Shown here piece by piece: positions 57,759-64,000 of a stretch of 64,000 nucleotides of DNA. The notes beneath the pieces were generated by a model, which made no database searches, was not told where the DNA came from, and worked only from the letters and a program-made list of their open reading frames with translations. Each line of letters begins with the position of its first letter. The stretch's first letter is position 1. A program made the translations under genes and the position numbers. The stretch spans positions 133,380 to 197,379 of the forward strand of contig CAYYQX010000001.1 of NCBI GenBank assembly GCA_964473455.1, read 5' to 3'. This stretch comes from an uncultured Muribaculaceae bacterium (GTDB lineage Bacteria; Bacillota_I; Bacilli_A; RF39; UBA660).

Positions 57759-58709
57759 CTAGTCTTCTTCGTGGAACTTAAGCCCCAAATCTTTCACTTT
57801 ATCTACAACTTCTTTTAATGATTTTTTACCTAAATTACGTATTTTCATCATTTCAACTTCTGTTTTTTCAGTTAAATCACCCAAAGTATATATGTTGTCT
57901 CTTTTTAAACAGTTATACGCTCTAACAGATAGATCAAGTTCTTCAATAGGCATTTCAAGTTTCTTTTGCTTTGAATCCTCTTGTTTAGCACTCATAACTC
58001 CTGTTAAATCAGATATTTCTGACAAATCAGTTATTATTTTGAAGTGCTCAATAAGAATTTTTGCCCCTAAAGACATTGCTTCTTCTGGTCTAATTGAGCC
58101 ATTTGTATAAACATCAATTATTAATTTATCATAATTTGAGTCTTGCCCTACACGAGCATTATCAATATCATACTTAATTAATTCAATTGGTGAATATAAA
58201 GCATCTATTGAAATATAACCAATCTTACTATTTTCAATATATTTTTTGTTTTCATTTGATGGAACATAACCACGCCCGTTGGCAATAATAAATTCCATGT
58301 CTAATTTACCACCTTTTGATACGGTAGCAATTACTTGATCTTTATTTATAATTTCAATATCAGATGAAACTTCTATATCACCTGCAGTTACAACTTTTTC
58401 TTTGTCTACGTATAGTTTTGCAACAACTTCTTCTTCTGTGTGATTTTTAACAACTATATTTTTAAGATTTAAAATTATTTGTGTTACATCTTCCACAATT
58501 CCTTCAATTGTTTGAAATTCATGATCAACTCCATCAATTTTCACAGCTACTATTGCAGATCCTGGCATTGATGATAACATTACTCTTCTAAGAGCATTTC
58601 CTATTGTATTACCAAATCCTCTTTCAAGTGGTTCTAACTCAAACCTACCATAATTATTACTATCTACATACTCTACTATTTTAAATACTGGTTTTTCAAA
58701 ATCTAACAT
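57759..58709 (-). CDS. rpoA: DNA-directed RNA polymerase subunit alpha
   Basis: N-terminal dimerisation domain and the alpha-CTD. Start at MLDFEKP after an AAGGAG RBS. Confidence 0.9.
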   Translation of the reverse strand: MLDFEKPVFKIVEYVDSNNYGRFELEPLERGFGNTIGNALRRVMLSSMPGSAIVAVKIDGVDHEFQTIEGIVEDVTQIILNLKNIVVKNHTEEEVVAKLYVDKEKVVTAGDIEVSSDIEIINKDQVIATVSKGGKLDMEFIIANGRGYVPSNENKKYIENSKIGYISIDALYSPIELIKYDIDNARVGQDSNYDKLIIDVYTNGSIRPEEAMSLGAKILIEHFKIITDLSEISDLTGVMSAKQEDSKQKKLEMPIEELDLSVRAYNCLKRDNIYTLGDLTEKTEVEMMKIRNLGKKSLKEVVDKVKDLGLKFHEED

Positions 58710-58725
58710 TTTAACTCCTTTCAAA

Positions 58726-59109
58726 TTAGCCACGTGGGCGTTTTGGTGGACGACATCCATTGTGTGGTACTGGTGTAACATCAGAAATTGATGTTATTTC
58801 AAGTCCTGGTGTTTGAAGTGATCTTATCGCTGTTTCACGACCAGATCCCAATCCCTTTACATAAACTTCAACTCTCTTCATACCCATATCAACTGCAGCT
58901 TTTGCAGCGGCTTCTGATGCCATACCGGCAGCAAATGGAGTTGATTTCTTGCTTCCTTTGAATCCAAGCTTACCTGGAGCAGACCAGCAAAGTGAATTGC
59001 CGTCTTTATCACAGATTGTTACTATTGTGTTGTTAAATGTTGCTTTTATGTATGCTTTGCCTTCAGGAATGTTCTTATTTACTTTCCTTTTTCTTGACTT
59101 ATAAGCCAT
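58726..59109 (-). CDS. rpsK: 30S ribosomal protein S11
   Basis: Typical S11 sequence ([11 protein letters not shown]...[10 protein letters not shown]). Confidence 0.9.
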   Translation of the reverse strand: MAYKSRKRKVNKNIPEGKAYIKATFNNTIVTICDKDGNSLCWSAPGKLGFKGSKKSTPFAAGMASEAAAKAAVDMGMKRVEVYVKGLGSGRETAIRSLQTPGLEITSISDVTPVPHNGCRPPKRPRG

Positions 59110-59126
59110 TTAATCTTCCTCCTTAC

Positions 59127-59495
59127 TTATACTTTCTTCTTATTAGCTACTACTTTTCCTCTGCCTTTACGAGTACGAGCATTTCTGTTTGTTCTTTGAC
59201 CCCTTACTGGTAGTCCTTTTTTATGACGAGTTCCTTGATATGAATTAATTTCCATTTTTGTTTTTATATTCATTGTAACTTCTCGTCTTAGTTCTCCCTC
59301 AATAACATACTTGTTAAGAGCGTCTCTAATACTTGCAAGCTCTTCGCTTGATAAACTAGAAGTCTTTCTAGCTCCTTCAATTTTTGCTTCTTCTAATATT
59401 GTTTTTGATAAATTTCTTCCAACACCATAAATATATGTAAGTGAAATTTCAATTGCTTTTTCGTTTGGAATGTCTACTCCTTTAATACGTGCCAT
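59127..59495 (-). CDS. rpsM: 30S ribosomal protein S13
   Basis: MARIKGVDIPNEK...YIYGVG. Confidence 0.9.
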   Translation of the reverse strand: MARIKGVDIPNEKAIEISLTYIYGVGRNLSKTILEEAKIEGARKTSSLSSEELASIRDALNKYVIEGELRREVTMNIKTKMEINSYQGTRHKKGLPVRGQRTNRNARTRKGRGKVVANKKKV

Positions 59496-59509
59496 TTTTT
59501 AATTCCTTT

Positions 59510-59623
59510 CTACCCTTGCTTCTGCTTATGTTTTGGGTTTTCACAAATAACTACTATTTTCCCTTTTCTTTTAATAATTTTGCATTTTTCGCATATTTTT
59601 TTTACTGATGGTCTTACTTTCAT
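59510..59623 (-). CDS. rpmJ: 50S ribosomal protein L36 (not in the ORF track)
   Basis: AGGAGG RBS plus ATG. Translates to [37 protein letters not shown]. Confidence 0.8.
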   Translation of the reverse strand: MKVRPSVKKICEKCKIIKRKGKIVVICENPKHKQKQG

Positions 59624-59632
59624 ACTTTCCTC

Positions 59633-59848
59633 CTAAAATCTATATGTTATGCGCCCACGTGTTAAATCATATGGTGAGAGCTCCAATTTTACTGTATCAC
59701 CTTCCAAAATACGAATCTTGTTCATTCGAATTTTGCCAGAAACGTGAGCTATTACAGTATGTTTGTTTTCAAGCTCGACTTTAAATATATATCCAGGCAT
59801 TACTTTTAATACCTTTCCACTTATTTCTATACAGTCTTCTTTCGTCAA
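59633..59848 (-). CDS. infA: Translation initiation factor IF-1
   Basis: S1-like OB fold ([19 protein letters not shown]...). Confidence 0.9.
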   Translation of the reverse strand: MTKEDCIEISGKVLKVMPGYIFKVELENKHTVIAHVSGKIRMNKIRILEGDTVKLELSPYDLTRGRITYRF

Positions 59849-59852
59849 TTTA

Positions 59853-60596
59853 TCACCTCTTTGTTAATATTTCATACCCATCTTTTGTTACTAATATTGT
59901 GTGTTCAAAATGGGCTGAACAACTTGAATCATTTGTTACGATAGTCCAATCATTTTCCAAAATGTTGACAAATCTTTTTCCTAAGTTAAGCATTGGTTCA
60001 ACAGCTATTACCGTTCCTTCTTTTAGTAATGCGCCACTTCCTTTTTTACCATAATTTGGAACATCTGGTTCTTCGTGTAAATTTGTTCCAACCCCATGGC
60101 CAACAAGTTCTCTTACAACACTTAAATTATTTATTTTTGCAAAGCTTTCTATAGCTTCACCTATGTCACCAACTCGACTACCATCTTTTATAGTAGATAA
60201 GCCAATAAATAAAGCTTCTTCTGTTTTTTCTAGTAATCTTTGATTTTCTGTACTAATATTTCCAACCGGATAAGTCCAAGCTGAATCTCCGTGGTATCCT
60301 TTATAATTTGCTCCAATATCTATTGATATAATGTCTCCATTTTTTAGTGCTCTATTACTTGGGATACCATGGACAACTTCATCATTAATTGACGTACATG
60401 TACTAGCTGGAAACCCTTCAAATCCCAGAAATGACGGCGTTGCATCTTTACTTTTTATAAAATCATAAGCCAGTTTATCCAACTCTTTTGTTGTTATACC
60501 TGGTTTGATATGGTTTTTCAAATGTTGATGTGTTTCAAAAACTATTTTACCAGCTTCTCTTAATAATTTTATCTCTTCTTTTGTCTTAGCTAACAC
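59853..60596 (-). CDS. map: Methionine aminopeptidase type I
   Basis: Metal-binding D, D, H, E, E pattern; ~247 aa. Confidence 0.9.
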   Translation of the reverse strand: MLAKTKEEIKLLREAGKIVFETHQHLKNHIKPGITTKELDKLAYDFIKSKDATPSFLGFEGFPASTCTSINDEVVHGIPSNRALKNGDIISIDIGANYKGYHGDSAWTYPVGNISTENQRLLEKTEEALFIGLSTIKDGSRVGDIGEAIESFAKINNLSVVRELVGHGVGTNLHEEPDVPNYGKKGSGALLKEGTVIAVEPMLNLGKRFVNILENDWTIVTNDSSCSAHFEHTILVTKDGYEILTKR

Positions 60597-61235
60597 TTAT
60601 TCAAGACCTTCTAAAACTTTTTCAATATTTCTAAATGTCTCTTCTTTTGCAGCTGCTGAATCAATAATATATAAAATTCCTTTTTCTTTATAATAATCTA
60701 AAACTGATGTTACGTTTGCGATATAAGTACTAAATCTTTTTTTAAATGATTCTTCATTGTCATCACTTCTGCTTGACAAATTTCCACCACAAACATCACA
60801 TATGTTTTCAACTTTTGGCTTTAATTCAGTAAAATATTTATGAAATATTTTTCCACATCCATCGCAAGTCAATCTACCTAAACTTCTCTTCATTGCTTCT
60901 TCTTCTGAAATGTTAATGTTAACTATTATATAGTTTTCAAAAAAATCATCTAAAATTTTTGCTTGATTTAAATTTCTAGGAAATCCATCAAGTAAAACAG
61001 GTAATCCTTTAAATTCATCAAGTTTGTTTTTTAAAAGTTGCGCAGTTGTAACGTCATCAATTAAAATACCTTTAGCAATTTTATCATGAATTTCTCTGTT
61101 GAATTCTGTTGAATCATCTAGTTCTCTAAATAATTGTCCTGTTGAAATGTGTTTATAACCATATTTTTCTACTAACATCTCACATTGTGTTCCTTTGCCT
61201 GCAGCTGGAGCACCATATAAAATTATATTTTTCAT
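60597..61235 (-). CDS. adk: Adenylate kinase (zinc-lid type)
   Basis: GAPAAGKGTQ P-loop; CDGCG...CDVCG lid. Confidence 0.9.
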   Translation of the reverse strand: MKNIILYGAPAAGKGTQCEMLVEKYGYKHISTGQLFRELDDSTEFNREIHDKIAKGILIDDVTTAQLLKNKLDEFKGLPVLLDGFPRNLNQAKILDDFFENYIIVNINISEEEAMKRSLGRLTCDGCGKIFHKYFTELKPKVENICDVCGGNLSSRSDDNEESFKKRFSTYIANVTSVLDYYKEKGILYIIDSAAAKEETFRNIEKVLEGLE

Positions 61236-62497
61236 CTTTTTCTTCCTTTCACATAACTCCTACTAAGTAGAGTTCCCTCAATTTGTTTATATATTTCAAG
61301 AACAACTCCGACAACAATTATTAATCCTGTTCCACCAACACTAACACTAGTTGGAAGACTTGTAATCATTCCAAATATTGTTGGTAAAATTGCTATAATT
61401 GCTAGGAAAGACGTTCCTACAAAAGTTATCTTTTTTAATACACTTTTTATATATATTTGTGTTTCTTCTCCTGGCCTTACTGCTGGAATGTATCCACCAT
61501 TTTTCTGAAGGCGCTCAGTTAATTCTTTGATATCAAATACTTTAAAAGTATATAGATATGAAAATAAAAATATAAATACTACATAAAGTCCTAATCCGGT
61601 AACAGTATTGTAATTAATCCACTTATTATAAAATAAGCTTAATCCATCACTTTTGATAAGTGTTATTAACATACCAAAGATCATATACAATACTGATGCA
61701 AAAATTACTGGCATTACGTTTGCTGTATTTAATTTAAACGGAATAAAATTTTGATTGCTTGATGCGGTTGATTTATTCGCATATTGAATAGGTATTCTTC
61801 TTTCAGCTGAACCGATATATATGATACCTAATACTATTGCAAGATAAACAACAATAAATATTATAAAAGATAGTATTCCGATAAAAATTGTCTGTACATT
61901 TGCAAAGTCTGTTAATGATGTAAATGCGGTACTAAACATTATAGGAATATTTGAGATAATTCCTGCCATAATTATTACAGAAATTCCATTGCCAACACCT
62001 TTCGCTGTTATTCGATCTCCCAACCAAAGCAAAAATGCTGTTCCGGCTGTTAGCATCAAAGCATATTCAACATATTGAAATGGAGTTCCATTACCAATAT
62101 ATGTAAATGATAGAATAAATCCTTGAATCAAAGCTATTGCAATTCCTGCCATACGAGTTATTTGATTTAGTTTTGCTCTTCCAGTATATCCTTGATTATA
62201 TAATTCGGAAAAATACGGAATTTTACTCTTTTCTAAAAACTGCATAACAATAGTTGCTGAAATGTATGGAGTTACACCAAGAGAAAAAATCGAAAATTTT
62301 TCTAATGCTCCTCCACCCATAACATTAATAAGCTCTAAAAATCCTAAATTACCTACTCCTAAGCTATCTTTATCTATTCCCGGAACAACTATTGCTGCTC
62401 CAAGCCTAAATACAAATAAAACAATAAAAGTAAATAATATTCTTTTTTGAATATCTTTATTTTTGGGATTAAATATTTGCCTTATTGTTGCAAACAT
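61232..62497 (-). CDS. secY: Preprotein translocase subunit SecY
   Basis: 10-TM SecY pattern. Confidence 0.9.
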   Translation of the reverse strand: MFATIRQIFNPKNKDIQKRILFTFIVLFVFRLGAAIVVPGIDKDSLGVGNLGFLELINVMGGGALEKFSIFSLGVTPYISATIVMQFLEKSKIPYFSELYNQGYTGRAKLNQITRMAGIAIALIQGFILSFTYIGNGTPFQYVEYALMLTAGTAFLLWLGDRITAKGVGNGISVIIMAGIISNIPIMFSTAFTSLTDFANVQTIFIGILSFIIFIVVYLAIVLGIIYIGSAERRIPIQYANKSTASSNQNFIPFKLNTANVMPVIFASVLYMIFGMLITLIKSDGLSLFYNKWINYNTVTGLGLYVVFIFLFSYLYTFKVFDIKELTERLQKNGGYIPAVRPGEETQIYIKSVLKKITFVGTSFLAIIAILPTIFGMITSLPTSVSVGGTGLIIVVGVVLEIYKQIEGTLLSRSYVKGRKR

Positions 62498-62498
62498 A

Positions 62499-62942
62499 TT
62501 AGATCACCTCAGCTTTTCCACCATTTTTTTCTATTTCTCTTTTTGCAGAAGCTGAAAATTTATTTGCTTTTACTATTAGTTTTTTTTCTAATTTTCCTGC
62601 TCCAAGAACTTTTAAACCATCTAATTCTTTACTAATTAGTTTCATGTCTTTTAATATTTCTGATGTAATAACTGTTTCATTGTCAAAGTTGTTCAAATCA
62701 CTTAAATTAATTACAGCATATACTGTCTTAAATCTAGCATTTGAAAATCCCCTTTTTGGTAATCTTCTAAATAAAGGTAATTGTCCACCTTCAAAGCCTG
62801 GTCTTACTCCGCCACCGCTTCTGGCATTTTGTCCTTTGTGGCCTTTGCCGCTGGTTTTACCATGACCGCTGCTTGTTCCTCTACCAATTCTTTTTCTTGA
62901 TTTAATTGCTCCTTGTGGGGCAGATATTGATTCTAATTTCAT
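62499..62942 (-). CDS. rplO: 50S ribosomal protein L15
   Basis: Gly/Arg-rich N-terminus ([19 protein letters not shown]). Confidence 0.9.
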   Translation of the reverse strand: MKLESISAPQGAIKSRKRIGRGTSSGHGKTSGKGHKGQNARSGGGVRPGFEGGQLPLFRRLPKRGFSNARFKTVYAVINLSDLNNFDNETVITSEILKDMKLISKELDGLKVLGAGKLEKKLIVKANKFSASAKREIEKNGGKAEVI

Positions 62943-63442
62943 ATAATCTCCTCCACTTTTTTGCCTCTAAGAGCTGCGATTTGTTCTATTGTTTTTTCTG
63001 CTCTTAAAGCTTTTAATGTTGCATAAGCAACGTTAATCTTTGTATTTGCTCCTAATGATTTTGATAGTATATCTTTTACTCCAGCAAGTTCAAGAACACT
63101 TCTAACAGGTCCTCCTGCTTTTACACCGGTTCCTTTTGAAGCTGGTTTTAGTAAAACTTTACTTGCCCCTTGAGCACCTATTACTTCATGAGGAATTGTA
63201 CCATCAACAACTGATACAGTCACTACATCTTTAGTAGCAGCAGATACAGCTTTTTTTATAGCATCAGGTACTTCATTTGCTTTACCTGTTCCTATTCCAA
63301 CTTTTCCGTTTCTATCACCAACAGCTACTGTTGCAGAAAAACGAAATGTTCTACCACCTTTTGTTACTTTTGTAACTCTACCAATGTTTATAATTTCTTC
63401 GTCATATAACTTTGGGCGAGGCTCTCTTGTTCTTTTTTCCAT
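62939..63442 (-). CDS. rpsE: 30S ribosomal protein S5
   Basis: S5 dsRBD and C-terminal domain. Confidence 0.9.
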   Translation of the reverse strand: MEKRTREPRPKLYDEEIINIGRVTKVTKGGRTFRFSATVAVGDRNGKVGIGTGKANEVPDAIKKAVSAATKDVVTVSVVDGTIPHEVIGAQGASKVLLKPASKGTGVKAGGPVRSVLELAGVKDILSKSLGANTKINVAYATLKALRAEKTIEQIAALRGKKVEEII

Positions 63443-63451
63443 TTTTCCTCC

Positions 63452-63811
63452 TTAGAATTTTAATCCGTTTTCACGAGCTGCATTAGCAAGTGATTCAACA
63501 CGACCGTGATATTGGTATCCACCTCTATCAAAAACTACTTTTTCTATTTTTTGCTTTTTAGCTCTCTTAGCTAATAATTCTCCAACCTTAGCAGCTGCTT
63601 CTATATTTCCACCGTTTTCAAGTTTCAATTCTTTATCAATAGAAGATGCACTAACTAAAGTAACTCCTGCTTCGTCATCTATTAACTGAGCAAAAATATT
63701 AGCATTTGATCTAAAAACATTTAATCTTGGAACTTCTTTAGTTCCAGCGATATTTTTTCTTACACGAGCATGTCTTGCTATACGCTTAACATTTCGAGAT
63801 ACTTTTTTCAT
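63452..63811 (-). CDS. rplR: 50S ribosomal protein L18
   Basis: L18 pattern ([18 protein letters not shown]). Confidence 0.9.
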   Translation of the reverse strand: MKKVSRNVKRIARHARVRKNIAGTKEVPRLNVFRSNANIFAQLIDDEAGVTLVSASSIDKELKLENGGNIEAAAKVGELLAKRAKKQKIEKVVFDRGGYQYHGRVESLANAARENGLKF

Positions 63812-63835
63812 AAGTATTCCTCTCCTTTACTTTTT

Positions 63836-64000
63836 TTATTTAGCTGCCTTTTTTCCTTCTTTACGAATAATGTGTTCATCTTTATATCTTATTCCTTTGC
63901 CTTTGTATGGCTCTGGTGGTCTAATTTTTCTAACATTTGCTGCATATTCTCCAACTTGTTGTTTGTCTATTCCTTTTATTGTTAATTCAGTATTACTTGG
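63836..64000 (-). CDS. rplF: 50S ribosomal protein L6, C-terminal fragment (5' part beyond the window)
   Basis: Reverse translation gives ...[28 protein letters not shown]. Confidence 0.75.
   Translation of the reverse strand, partial: PSNTELTIKGIDKQQVGEYAANVRKIRPPEPYKGKGIRYKDEHIIRKEGKKAAK

Noticed and set aside
1-64000. Transposase, integrase or phage structural genes
   Set aside because: None of the ORFs shows DDE, tyrosine-recombinase (R..H..R..Y) or serine-recombinase motifs. The mobile-looking array therefore has no visible recombinase within this window.

Overview
This is a 64 kb AT-rich chromosomal segment from a low-GC Gram-positive-type anaerobe, of Firmicutes/Erysipelotrichia-like or Mollicutes-related character. 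It uses the standard genetic code: TGA is a stop, and tRNA-Trp has anticodon CCA. About 80% of the window is housekeeping, mostly on the minus strand. Translation and RNA genes: rpsP-khpA-trmB, def, rnc, rny, mutM, serS, lepA, metG, prfA-prmC, der, engB, the yceD-rpmF pair, scpAB and three tRNAs. The 3' end holds the spc/alpha ribosomal cluster rplF-rplR-rpsE-rplO-secY-adk-map-infA-rpmJ-rpsM-rpsK-rpoA-rplQ. Anaerobic energy genes: a trimeric HydABC-type [FeFe] hydrogenase operon next to a LysR regulator, a fused EtfB-EtfA, and an orphan RnfC/RnfD-like pair. Cell wall genes: VanY-like and DacA-like carboxypeptidases. Transport: a MarR regulator with a heterodimeric ABC exporter. The clear accessory region lies at roughly 43.2-48.0 kb. 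It holds six small single-gene or two-gene cassettes of unknown function, all on the minus strand. Each is separated by a conserved ~85 bp repeat that carries a GNRA-loop terminator hairpin, a T-run and an extended -10 promoter (TGnTATAAT), then the ribosome-binding site of the next gene. The array abuts the 3' end of tRNA-Trp, and the first repeat copy is fused to the tRNA at a shared TTTGGCA core. A second, unrelated ~122 bp repeat family with the same terminator-plus-TGnTATAAT logic flanks a 1.2 kb gene at 37.1-38.5 kb. That family also shows compensatory base changes in a hairpin. No transposase or integrase is visible in the window.
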